Assembly (NCBI RefSeq): GCF_004010195.1
Contig: NC_057711.1
Coordinates: 69,832,357-69,852,356, forward strand
Direction: 5' to 3'
DNA: 20,000 bases
Source: Chiloscyllium plagiosum
Lineage: Eukaryota
The notes beneath the pieces were generated by a model. The model saw only the letters and a program-made list of their open reading frames with translations. It did not search any database and was not told where the DNA came from. Positions 1 to 10,384 of this stretch are shown here, piece after piece (the first letter of the stretch is position 1; each line of letters starts with the position of its first letter). A program made the translations under genes and the position numbers.

Positions 1-85
1 CAATACAGAACAATACTTGGCTCTTCAATGCCTTGCACTGAAGAGACTTGCATTGAGCTGACAACCCTCTACTCTGCTTATGATT

Positions 86-621
86 GTCATGGAGTTATCC
101 AGCACAGAAACAGACCTTTCTGTCCAACTTATCTGCCAGATATCTTAAACCGACCTAGTCCCATTTGCTAGCTTTCAGTCCATGTCCCCTCTTAAACCCT
201 TCCTATCATATACCCATCTGTAATTGTACCAGCCTCCAGCACCTCTTCTGGCAGCTCATTCCATACACACACCACTCTCTGCATGAAAATGTGCCCTTCT
301 GGTCCCTTTAAAATCTTTCTCCTCTCACCTTAAAGCTATGCCCTGTATTTTGGACTCCCCTACTCTGGGGAAAAATACCTTGTCTATTCACACTATCCAT
401 GCCCCTCATGATTTTATAAACCTCTATAAGGTCGTCCCTCAGCCTCCAATGCTCCAGAGAAAGAAAATCCCTGCCTCCAGTGCTCCAGAGAAAGAAAATC
501 CCCAGCCTATTCAGCTTCTAGCTATATTTCAGACACTTCACTTCCCGGTAATGTCCTTGTAAATGTTTTCTGAACCCTTTCAAGTTTAACAACATATTTC
601 CTACAGCAGGGAGACTAGAAC
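86..621 (-). mobile_element. CR1-clade LINE (HER1-like), 5'-truncated 3' end fragment
   Basis: Colinear and highly similar to the 3' end of the long CR1 copy at 17421-17950 (shared ctagtcccatttgc, taattgtaccagcctcca, catgcccctcatgattttataaacctctat). Confidence 0.9.
442..503. repeat. 31-bp tandem duplication inside the CR1 fragment
   Basis: gcctccaatgctccagagaaagaaaatccct (442-472) followed by gcctccagtgctccagagaaagaaaatcccc (473-503); single-copy in the CR1 at about 17804-17832. Confidence 0.9.
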
Positions 622-689
622 AGATTTGTCAAAGTTGAGATATTTTGGCCAATGTGAAAGGATCTTTTGTTCATGGGATTTTCTGTTGT

Positions 690-1312
690 CATTGGGTAGG
701 CCAGAATTTAATTGCCCATCGGGCAGCTAAGAGTCAACCATCTTGTTATGGGTCTAGAATCACGTAAACACCAGTTTAGATAGGGATTGCAAATTTCCTT
801 CCCGAAATCCTGATGGATTTTTATGACAATTGACTCTGGCAACATGATCACATTTAGACTAGCTTGTCACATCATAGAATCCCTACAGTGTGGAAGCAGG
901 CCATTTGGCCCAACAAGTGCACACCAACCCTCTGAAGAATATCCCACCCAAACCCATTCCCCTACCCTATTAATCTACATTTACCCCTGACTAACGCACA
1001 TAACTTACCCATTCCTGAACACTATGGGCGATTTAGCACAGTCAGTTCACCCAAACTGCACATCTTTGGATTGTGGGAGGAAACCGGAGCACCCAGAGGA
1101 AACCCAAACGGATACTGAGAGAATGTGAAAACTCCATGCAGACAGTCGCTTGAGGCTGGAATCGAACCCAGATCCACTTTAAGTCAGTTTTCCCCACTTT
1201 AATTCAGTTTTCTTAGTGTAACCATCACCATTTGCCATGGTGGAATTTGTCCTCAGAACATTAATCCGATATTCTGGATTATTAGGCCAGTGATACTATT
1301 GAGGTACCAACA
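690..1312 (-). mobile_element. Old tRNA-derived shark SINE, split by an HE1 insertion (pieces about 690-865 and 1200-1312)
   Basis: ggcagctaagagtcaacca...gggtctagaatcac...tttccttccc...gatggatttttatgacaat on the left and caccatttgccatggtggaatttg...cagaacatta...ctggattatta on the right match consecutive parts of a common shark SINE as I recall it. Its 3' end (attgcccatc) resembles the LINE tail at 12698-12825. Confidence 0.7.
871..1175 (-). mobile_element. HE1 SINE (V-SINE), lacking the A box
   Basis: Reverse complement of the HE1 at 12209: tgcacatctttggattgtgggaggaaaccggagcaccc, with the B-box complement ggaatcgaaccc at about 1158-1169. Confidence 0.93.
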
Positions 1313-1633
1313 TCATAAGTTTGAAGTATATAAGAGAGCTGATGTCTGAAGTCAAGAAGTGAACTAGGGTGGTATCTGACTTGACACCCATTCAGTGATT
1401 CAATCTGGTTGTATCTTCAACAACAACATCATTTATAATCACTTGGTCATACTGAACTTTCATATTGGTGCAAAGAAGAGATGCTGTCAAACTGTTTGTC
1501 TTGTATGCTTCAGGGCAGATAGAAGAATACCAAATTTCAGTGGGAGCAGTATTTTTTACTGCATAAAAAATATTGAAATCGTTGATTAATTAGCAAGTCC
1601 ACTCTGGTTGAGATGTTATTGAAAATACATTAG

Positions 1634-1709
1634 GGAAGTATTGTCTCCTGTGCTCTTGCTTAATTCAAAAAAGAAACAACGCCTAGAAATGATCCTTTTT
1701 CCTACAGAT
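1634..1709 (+). CDS. Possible internal exon (EVLSPVLLLNSKKKQRLEMILFPTD)
   Basis: Ends at a GAT|gtaagt donor in phase 0, compatible with the 5613 exon. The acceptor (aaatacattag) is weak. Confidence 0.2.
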
Positions 1710-1879
1710 GTAAGTCCCTGCATATGAATATATTTAGCTTCTAGGAACATTAATGAACTACATTGCTAGTGTGAATGATGATCTAGAATTACAAATGCAA
1801 GCCCTAGCACACTTTGTGCAAAATTGAATTATATTTGTCTGCGCCTTGTAAGGAGTTACTGGGATAGATGAGACCTGCT

Positions 1880-3017
1880 GTCAGTTAAGGCACTGTGTCA
1901 GAATTTAGGATGGCTTCAAGCTAATGGAGAGTAGAATGAGGGAAGCAAGCCAAGGGTATGTTGAAATAGAGTTGAGGGAGCAAGAGCCAAGTTTCATGGA
2001 CAGATTGAATCCAGTGAATCCGTGTCTGCGTGGGTTTCCTCCGGGTGCTCCGGTTTCCTCCCACAGTCCAAAGATGTGCAGGTCAGGTGAATTGGCCATG
2101 CTAAAATTGCCCATAGTGTTAGGTAAGGTGTAAATGTAGGGGCGGTGTGGACTTGTTGGGCCGAAGGGCCTGTTTCCACACTGTAAGTAATCTAATCTAA
2201 TCTAATTACAAGAGGAAATAAACTAGAATACAAGTTCAAAATGGTTACTTTTTGAGTGGTTTTAATCCTGTGGGTTAGGATAAATGAGGAAGGCAGCAGA
2301 AGCAACTATTTAGATGGGCTATCTCTTATGAGCATGAACTTCTTGCACATGGAATGGAAATGATGCTGGAAGAAGGTGACGGTGTTTAAGAAGATAATGT
2401 GCAGTAAAAAAAACGAAGCTGATTATTATTTTTACATGCCAGAGTGGTACTGGAATAATGAGCAATTTTCTCAGACAAAGGTGGTCCAGTTGAATATGAT
2501 CGTGAATGAGCATTGAAAATGTGATTGAGCACATGCTTGTCCAGTTCAGTCACTATTGAAATACTGCAGTGAATGGAGAGCCCAAAGGCTAGGCAGCTGA
2601 GCTTTTGAAAGTTAATTGGGCAATTGCATATCATTCCATTCATGGTAAAGCTGGGGTAAATTTGGGGTCTTTCAAGTGGGATGTGGATGGAGAATAATAC
2701 ACGGATGTGATCTGAAATAGTTATCCATGATTGGTAAAATGGGAATTATGAGACCAGATGAAATGGTCAACAGTGTGTCTGTAAATGGGTTGGGGAATTT
2801 ATGTGGAGGGAATGATTTGGAGAAGATGAAAGGGAAGTAAGTGTAATTAGTTGGAAGTTAAAATCAGAGAGGAGGCAAATTTGTTTGATGTAAATATTGA
2901 AGGAGGAAAACAGTAAAAGGGGTATTTTGTATGAGAAGCAAGACTAGGTGGAACAGGATGAAATGCTCAAAGGAGGAGAAAATGCAGGAAAAGTCCGGGG
3001 TCAGGCTAAGGAGTAAG
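1880..3017 (-). mobile_element. Decayed L2-clade LINE ORF2 (endonuclease to linker), interrupted by HE1 at 2019-2206
   Basis: Minus-strand translations FSSFEH, SLHINSPTH, ISDHIRV (APE SDH motif) and LSMKLGSCSLNSIST (compare L2 xSCxLDPIPT), with many stops and frameshifts. Confidence 0.75.
2019..2206 (+). mobile_element. HE1 SINE, 5'-truncated
   Basis: V-domain gtgggtttcctccgggtgctccggtttcctcccacagtccaaagatgtgcagg, CR1-like tail gggccgaagggcctgtttccacactgta, and (aatct)3. Confidence 0.95.
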
Positions 3018-3457
3018 AACAAAGAACAAAAAAACAATACAGCCAGACTGTGAAGGCTCCATTGTCTGCTTTATCTTTTGATTCAGTTAGCTCTGCAAGG
3101 CAGGAATGCAGCTTTTAGCAGGGTGAGAAGCCATTTTTAATTTGCAGCCTGAAGCCATTTTGTTATGTTACTTTGCATTGAGAAGCCATTTTGTGGTTAA
3201 TAAAAGCATGCATAAAATTGGTTAATCCTGACAACGGTCTAATTCCAGATTTTAGATCCTCAGAAGCAGAACAATAGCAGTTTTCAAGATACCTCTGGAC
3301 AAATAAATGAATAGAAAGGGAATAGAGGGATACAGATCCTGTAAGTGAAGACAGTTTTAGTATGGAAGGGCAAAATATGTCGGTGCGGGCCTGGAGGGCC
3401 GAAGGGTGTGTTCCTGCGCTGTATTTTTTTTTTGTTCTTTGTTCTTGCTCCTTAGCC
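3004..3457. repeat. 40-bp inverted repeat pair (3004-3043 / 3418-3457), 38/40 identical
   Basis: ggctaaggagtaagaacaaagaacaaaaaaacaatacagc versus the reverse complement of gctgtattttttttttgttctttgttcttgctccttagcc. Confidence 0.92.
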
Positions 3458-3560
3458 GTCATAATAAACTGTGAAATCTTGCTGAAGCAGACTGCATTCA
3501 TGTTGATTATTTGACCGATTGCAGAACCGAGAGACCCCTGTGCGGGTCGAGATCTTCACA
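3049..3560 (+). mobile_element. LTR of an endogenous retrovirus / LTR retroelement (5' LTR), interrupted by a CR1 3' fragment
   Basis: Starts TGTGAAG and ends CTTCACA (perfect 7-bp terminal inverted repeat). GAAGCCATTTT occurs three times (3127, 3151, 3182), AATAAA lies at 3463-3468, and a PBS follows the terminal CA directly. Confidence 0.8.
3261..3446 (+). mobile_element. CR1 3' terminal about 185 bp (end of ORF2, 3'UTR and tgttctt tail), inverted relative to the CR1 body at 3621-5019
   Basis: ggacaaataaatgaatagaaagggaatagagggata...gggccgaagggtgtgttcctgcgctgta followed by (tgttctt)2. The gggccgaaggg stem is shared with the HE1 tails. Confidence 0.85.
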
Positions 3561-3578
3561 AGGTGCCGTGACTCTGAT
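3561..3578 (+). promoter_or_regulatory. Primer-binding site complementary to the tRNA-His 3' end
   Basis: aggtgccgtgactctgat versus the canonical His PBS TGGTGCCGTGACTCGGAT: 16/18 match, immediately after the LTR's CA. Confidence 0.82.
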
Positions 3579-3620
3579 TTGGTACGGACTGATTATGGGC
3601 ATTGATGTAAGAGCTTTGAG

Positions 3621-5019
3621 TCCTACTTCCACCACCACCTCTGGCAATGATCTCCAGTTACTCACCACCCTTTTGGTGTGAAAAACTTGCCTCACACATC
3701 TCTTTTAAACACTCCTCCCCCCCCCCCCCCCCCCGCACCTTGAACCTGTGTACCCTAGTAACTGACCCTTCCAACCTGGGGAAAAGCTTCATACTTTCCA
3801 TTCTATCCATGCCATTCACAATCATATAAACTTCTTTCAGATTGCCCCTCAACCTCCTGCTTGCAGTGTAAACAAACCCAGTCTATCCAACCTTTCTTCA
3901 TAGCTAAACTCCCCCTTACCAGGCCACATCCTCTTAAACTTTTCTGTACCCTCTCCAAAGTATCCTTCTGGTGTGGTGACCAGAATTGTATGCAATATTC
4001 CAAGTGTGGCCTAACTAAAGTTCTATAAGCTGCAGCATAACTTGTTAATCCTTGTACTCTATGTCCCTTCCAATGAAGGCAAGCATGTTATAAAACTTTT
4101 TTACTACCTTATCTACCTGCACTGCCATCTTCAGTAATTTGTGGACCTGCACACCCAGATCCCTCTGCGTATCAATATTCCTAAGGATTCTGCCATTCAT
4201 TGTATAATTTCCACCTGTAATTGACCTTCCAAATTGCATCACCTCACATTTGTCAGGATTAAATCTGTCAGCCATTTTACTGCCCATGCCTCCAACTGTA
4301 TCCTGCTGTATTCTCTGATAATCCTCCTCACTATCCACATCTCCACCAATTTTCGTATCATCTGCAGATTTACTAATTAGACCAGCTACATTTTCCTCCA
4401 AATCATTTATGTAGATTATGAACAGCAGAGGTCCCAGCACTGATCCCTGTGGATCATCACAAGTCAAAGCTCTCCATTCCAAAAAATGTTCTTCCACTGC
4501 TACCCTCTGTCTCCTATGACTAAGCCAGTTCTGTATCCATCTTGCCACCTCACCATGTGACTTCACCTTTTTTGTACCAGTCATCCATGAGACACCTTGT
4601 CAAAGGCTTTCCTGAAATCCATGGAGACAACATCAATCACTTTTTCCTCATCAACTATCTTTGGCACCACCTCAAAATACTCAATCAAGTTAGTGAGGCA
4701 CAACCTCCCTCGCACAAAACCATGCTCTGTATTGCTATTTCTAAATGAATATAGATCTTATCCTTTGGAATGGTTTCCACTAATTTCCCCACCGCCGATG
4801 TAAGGCTCACAGGCCTGTAAATTCCAGGATTATCCTTGCTACCCTTAAACAATGGGACAACATTGGCTATTCTCCAGACCTCTGGGACCTTACCTGTGGC
4901 CAAAGAGGATACAAAAATGGCTGTCAAATCTCCATCAATTTGTTCTCTTCCCCCGCCCCCCCCCCCCCCCCAATATTCTGGGACGATCCCATCAGGATCC
5001 GGGGACTTATCTACCATAA
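3621..5019 (-). mobile_element. CR1-clade LINE ORF2 reverse-transcriptase region (pseudogenised)
   Basis: ORF track shows WRIANVVPLFKG..YRPVSLTS, PQGSVLGPLLFIIYINDL, SADDTKI (decayed FADD), FNPDKC and EYCIQFWSP, with frameshifts. Confidence 0.95.
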
Positions 5020-5225
5020 CAAGTTGGTGATAAGTACCACATTGCCATTCCGATGGCCTTGACAAGCAAGTAGAAGGTGGGGAGGATTCATTACCCCTCA
5101 GGATGTCTGCAGTCATCCAAGAAAACTGAGCATGTCTACATTTTTATCATGGCAAGACTGAGTGAATTTGTGTGGGAAGTATTACAATGACTCTTAACTT
5201 CAATAACGTTTCTGCACAGTATGTT
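5020..5225 (-). mobile_element. Continuation of the L2 endonuclease region beyond the CR1 insertion
   Basis: Minus strand reads QGHRNGNVVLITN (APE RGGGVA-type motif). It joins in frame with LLSLTPDFSCIFSSFEH left of 3017 once the CR1 is removed. Confidence 0.65.
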
Positions 5226-5275
5226 TTATGCCAGTATTGCTAATGTAATCTCATCTCATTGTAACTTGATACAGC

Positions 5276-5440
5276 TCCTCCCATAGTCCAAAGATGTGCA
5301 GGTCAGGTGAATTGGCCATGCTAAATTGCCCGTAGTGTTAGGTGAAGGGGTAAATGTAGGGGAATGGGTCTGGGTGGGTTGCGCTTCGGTGGGTCGGTGT
5401 GGACTTGTTGGACACTGTAAGTAATCTAATCTAATCTAAT
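5276..5440 (+). mobile_element. HE1 SINE, 5'-truncated, with a small internal deletion
   Basis: tcctcccatagtccaaagatgtgcaggtcaggtgaattggccatgctaaattgccc...gtaagt(aatct)3. It lacks the gccgaagggcctgtttcc segment present in the other copies. Confidence 0.93.
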
Positions 5441-5612
5441 CATACAAGTTCATCATTTCCTGTCATAATTAAAATGGTATTGCAGAATACTTGGTAAAGA
5501 GAGGCATGTTAAAATGTTAGTTACCCATGGTTTTAATTATTAATTTTTTTTATGGTGGTTTAAGAACTCCAAGTCTTAAGTTTTACATTTTGTGTATTTT
5601 TTATTATTTTAG

Positions 5613-5660
5613 AAAGGTGAAGACGACCTTTCATCACTTTACCGCTCATTCATTTCTTAA
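5613..5660 (+). CDS. Putative terminal coding exon of an unidentified host gene (KGEDDLSSLYRSFIS*)
   Basis: T-rich acceptor (tgtgtatttttttattattttag) precedes AAAGGTGAAGACGAC...TAA, followed by about 1.5 kb of repeat-free AT-rich 3'UTR-like DNA (ATTAAA at 6321, TGTATATA at 6358). Frame is uncertain; the alternative reads KVKTTFHHFTAHSFLK*. Confidence 0.4.
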   Translation, partial: KGEDDLSSLYRSFIS

Positions 5661-7189
5661 ATGAACCCCACTTCTGTCCTGTCCTGGTTGTCTCAAAGCA
5701 ACTTCTTACTGCTTATTAAGACTTCGAAGATACAAACCAGTAGGTTAGTAATTGCTTTCTTGAATCTGCCTTTAATAATTACACCTAGTAAAGCTGTACT
5801 GAAAATTAGAAAGGCAGAGACTAATGGAAAACTAGATTTTTCACTGAATTAGAAAGCTAGACAATCTATATATTGACAACATTTCAAGTTGAAAGAGATC
5901 AGGAAAACTGCTTTGGACTGTCCATGCGAAGAAGGAAACAGCGGCTTGATATACAATGACATGTACATTTTATGGAGGGAGAAATGCTATAACAGACTTC
6001 ATAGAAAAGATGGGTCTAGAAGGATTGATGCAAATGCTAACTGATAGAAAGGAGTCCTGTTGTGGACTAGAAACAACTTAGACTACAGAACCTAACGAAA
6101 AATGCTTATGTGTGCCAAAATGGGAATATTTGTGCAGCTCCACGTGTGTGTAAACTGAGCAAATATCAATGCAGTTGGATAACTTGGATAATGAATTATT
6201 GCATCTTCTAAAACTTGTTTCAGAAACTTTCCAAATAAGACCAAATTGAAAATATTGATGTTATTTTATACTGTTGACCGGCTTCAGTATTCTAATGGTT
6301 TTCAAAGAAGGTGTTTTATCATTAAAGTAAGTTTTAGTTTAAATAGGTTTCAAGTACTGTATATATTGTACTATTCTTTGTCTACACTTTTTTAAAAAAC
6401 ATGACTAGAATATTTTACTGGATTAAGATCAGATTCCTCCCTAATTTGTAAAAAGAATGGTTTTGACAATAGTATTAATTCTCACTGCAGTCTTCTTTAC
6501 CGTGTATCTGCTCTTTTACCATATTTATTAATCCAGCATTTTCTTTCCTAGCATCAATGGTGCAACAATTTGGAAGCCTGAACTGGTACTTTATAAAGAG
6601 GGAAGAAAAACTGCCAAGATATGCACAAATTGTGTTGTTTGAACATTTAGCTGTTGAGTGCAAAAACTTTGACCTGTACCTGCAATGCATGAAAGAATTG
6701 ATGCACCAGTCTGACTGAAGTCATATTGTTTTGTTCTGAGTGCTGGAATACATACTTGTACGGAACAGATACAAATATATTTTAGGTGAGTCACAAAAAC
6801 TCAAAATGAAAAGTATTATCTGCAGGCCTTGGATGAACCAGAATGGAGGAGTCATTACTTTTTAAATTTGTATTACATCAATTTAATTTAGAAAAAAAAT
6901 CATATATTTGACCTTTTAGACTTATAATGACCAGATTGTGAGATTTGAGTTACTTGCCTGACTGGTAAAATACAAATTTTGTTAAATAAGCTTGGCAACA
7001 GGAAGCAATATCAGGCCCTGAACGTGTGCATCGGGAAGATACGGTGATTATCCTGCATCTATTCCATGATTGCCATGTACAAGTGTAATTATGTTGTTTG
7101 TTGGCTATGTTTATTAGCAGAGGTCCAAAATTGTAACTAGAGGGCAACTTTTTAAGACTAGCCTCACCTTATACATGTAACTAGAACAA

Positions 7190-7995
7190 ATGCTTGCAAT
7201 TTCAGAATGTTGCTCCCTCCCTACCTTGCACACTTAACACTTTTTAATATTTGGGTAATTGAAATCCACTACTACTGTCTTACACTCTTACTCAAATTCC
7301 ATTACATATTTGAACCTCTATCTCGCCCCTGATTGTTTGTTCATTTGCAGGCAAATAGTACAGAGTCGACAGTATGTTCGCACTTGTGCTTTTTCCAAGT
7401 TGACCAACATGACTTCATGAGATGATACTTCCAAGATATCACCTGTTTTCACTTGTATAATTGATTCCTTGAGCAATATTGTGATCGCCCCTCCTCTTCT
7501 ATCCCCCTCTATATTTTGTCTGAATATCCCATAACCAGAAATATTGAGCTGCCAAACCTTCCCATGTTACAGCTAAGTCTGGGTCATAGCTATGATATAG
7601 TCCCACATGCCTGTGTCATCAGCTTGTCTGTCTTATTCCTCAAGCTTTTTGCATTAAAATATATTCCATTAGCCTTGCTAAACTCAATTCTTTCTTACCG
7701 GTTTCCTTTTCCTTCCAGAATTACTTACAATCATGTCTAACTTCGAATTCCATCTCAGCTTCACATCCCTCTGAACTACCCATCATGCTTCCATTCCCTG
7801 CCAATTCATTTTAAATCCACCCCAACAGGATTAGCAATCTGTGCACAAGGATGTTAGTCCCATCCCTCTTGAGGTGTAACCCGACTAATTTGTACAAGTC
7901 CATTCTCCTGCTTCGCCACCTTAATGGAAATGGTCCTGGTGCCTCAGGAATCAAAATCCTTACCTCCTGCACCATCTCTCCAGCCATGCATATTT
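7190..7995 (-). mobile_element. Old CR1 5' region: ORF1 C-terminus (SGNH esterase-like) and ORF2 endonuclease N-terminus
   Basis: DLYKLVGLHLKRDGTNIL (decayed DGLHL esterase motif), then IYFNAKSLRNK, WQLNISGY, RRGGAITILLKES and VVVDFNYPNI on the minus strand. Confidence 0.8.
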
Positions 7996-8104
7996 CTGCT
8001 CTGTCCTTATGGGATGGTTGCATCTTCAGAATAGATGCAACTGTGGAGGTGGAATAATGAAATGGAATCCTCCGTAATATGTAAGGCATGACGGAGACTA
8101 ACTC

Positions 8105-8270
8105 CGGTTTTTCACCTTATCAAAGGCCTTTCTTTTGCTTTTGGCCCAGCCCCATCCCTTACTGAAAACCCATTATTGAGATCACAGATCTGAAATATTA
8201 ATCTGTTTGCTCTCTCTGCAGATGATGTCTGACCTGCTAACAATTCCTACCATTTCTTTGCTTTATTTTA
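8105..8270 (+). mobile_element. Degenerate short repeat, probably a Penelope-like terminal (pLTR) fragment
   Basis: cacagatctgaaatattaatctgtttgctctctctgcagatgatgtctgacctgct... is related to 12019-12092 (ctccacagatgctgccagtcctgctgagtttctccagc). Confidence 0.5.
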
Positions 8271-8786
8271 TCTGCCACAAATCCTTTTTATAGATTTTGA
8301 TTTCTAATTCATTTTTTAATTCTCAACTCTCTCTATTACAATCTCCATAAATGGATTAAATGCAATTCTGTGATTTTCTCTCTGCCCAATTTTTGTTTTA
8401 TAATTAGTTTTCAAAATCTACCTTCCCTGCTCTGCAGGTCCAATTTTCAACTCTGTTCAAGTAACAAATTAGGCTATATGTTTCAACAGTTCTATCGAGT
8501 CACCCAATTTGTTATTCTTTCGTAAACTTGAACAATGAGCCCATTACCTCTCATACGTAGGATTACCATTCAGGATCTTGGTAATGTGCTCTGTCCTCTG
8601 CCAGTTCATGTTGCCATTGTTGCAATATTATTTTTGAGAGCTTATATAGTCTCCTAGAAAGGCACTCAGTAGCAAAATTCTTCAATGTTCTTATGTACGA
8701 CATTTCTAAAAAAAAAGTCTGTGTTCTCATTTATGAGCAGTAGCTGTTTTCCAGTACTCTGAAAAATTCCTATTGTCATTTTTTTT

Positions 8787-8956
8787 GGCCATCTCCATTA
8801 CAGAGACAGTTGACTGCATACATCCACAGGGACACCACTTTGCAAGCACAGACTGAGGCAAGGAGACAGGTCTCCATGAACTTCCACAGCCCATATAGGA
8901 ATTGAAGTCATGAAATTCTGCATCACGCTCTAGTCATCTGGACAACTGAGCTAACC
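8787..8956 (-). mobile_element. Old tRNA-derived SINE
   Basis: Minus strand starts ggttagctcagttg (A-box-like), with a decayed B box ttcaattcc about 50 nt downstream. Confidence 0.55.
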
Positions 8957-10384
8957 ATTTATCAATAATGTGGGAGAGCAAAATTACATTTTTCGCAACA
9001 AATTAATTTTTAGTAATTAGGATGTAACCTGAATGAAGAAAACTCTGAAAAGAAAGTCCCCCACCAGTAAAGTACAGAGAGATCTGTATTCTTTTATATT
9101 TCAAAATCTGTATAGTCTTGAGTTTTCAAATTGCTATGGCTTATCCTTTGATTTATCAAGGTTATCATCAATGACTGAAGTTATCTTCCTTTTATTATCC
9201 CTGAATCAAAGCTAGCTATAAAGGAGAAAAATGGCCCATTATTCAGTTTGTAAGCAGTGAAACAATGTTAATCTGTAGAATAGAACATACTATCTTGGTT
9301 TAAAAAAAATGTTGCCTTTGCACCATTTACTCTGTGATGAAGGAAAGCATTGTCGTGGAATGATTTTTTTTTCTGTCGTTCAAGTACTTTATTCAGTACG
9401 TTGGGGTTGGCACAAAAAAAATCCACAAACTGAGCATGGAATATACCAAAATGATTAAAACAATGATATATCTACAATATAGAGAATTGCGCTTCTATGG
9501 AATATTGTGTCTGCAGCTAGTCTAATGATGCAGATACATTTAGATTCATGTTTTTTTGACACTTTCCAAGGAAATGTTTGTTTAATTTGCAAATTTCTAA
9601 GTTTATTTAAACTTTTTTTTAAAGTTCATATAAAGACTTCATTTTCTGGTTGCATTGCACAGTTTTGTTCTGTTTTCCACATATAAAATTTCTAATTAAT
9701 GTACAATTTTAACAGCTATTGCTTGTGCACAAGTATTCACGTATAACTCACGGTTTAAAAATTTGGAGCCACTGTTAAGTTAAATCTTAATCCCAAAAGC
9801 ACTCCTTATGGTACTCACACCATAGATAATTAATTTCTCTATTACCCCTGCATGGCTTAAATAATTTCATTAACCGTGTGTTGAGAATCTGAGCCTCTCC
9901 CTGGAACCTTCACACAATACCAATGGTATTGTTAATAAACAGAATACTTTATTAAATGCTGATCCTAATTCCTTTTAACACAATTTTTTACGAGAGATTC
10001 AGAACATTACCACTTGTTTGAAGATTTTGAACAGCTTTGGTGTGACGATGTGCTTATTTCCAAGATAAAATGGGGCTACAAAGGAGCATATATCCTCCAG
10101 AGTCCATTTAGATATTTGAAATCTTCAAAGTATGGTAATACTTTGCACCACAGTTTGCCCAAGTCACTTCTAAGCTGGGGCTTGTTTCCTGACAGTGTTG
10201 CCAGCATTATTTAATTCATTGTAATTTTGTTCTGATGATCGTGGCTTTGCATCGACTTCAAAAATATCTAAGCAATGGATAGTGTTATCAAAATATTACT
10301 TTGAATAATTGGTTCTGAAGCAGTTTCCCTGGTGTGGTTTTTAACATTTTCACCTAAATCACAGAAGACTGTTTTCTCTTTCCT

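Noticed and set aside
1695..1715. 2-nt micro-exon or recursive splice site (tttttcctacag AT gtaagt); also ttttag|gtgagt at about 6780-6791
   Set aside because: This cannot be supported without transcript data, and such motifs arise by chance in AT-rich DNA.
3000..3461. MITE with 40-bp TIRs and a GTCA 4-bp TSD (3000-3003 / 3458-3461)
   Set aside because: The apparent TIRs consist of CR1 tail plus L2 flank, and the LTR extends past the right arm. An inverted duplication explains the structure better, and a 4-bp match can occur by chance.
4045..4584. 179-aa ORF as a functional RT (retron, DGR or similar)
   Set aside because: It is a CR1 RT fragment with a decayed catalytic motif in a eukaryotic LINE context.
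8105..8270. Active hammerhead ribozyme
   Set aside because: No intact CTGATGA core is present in this copy.
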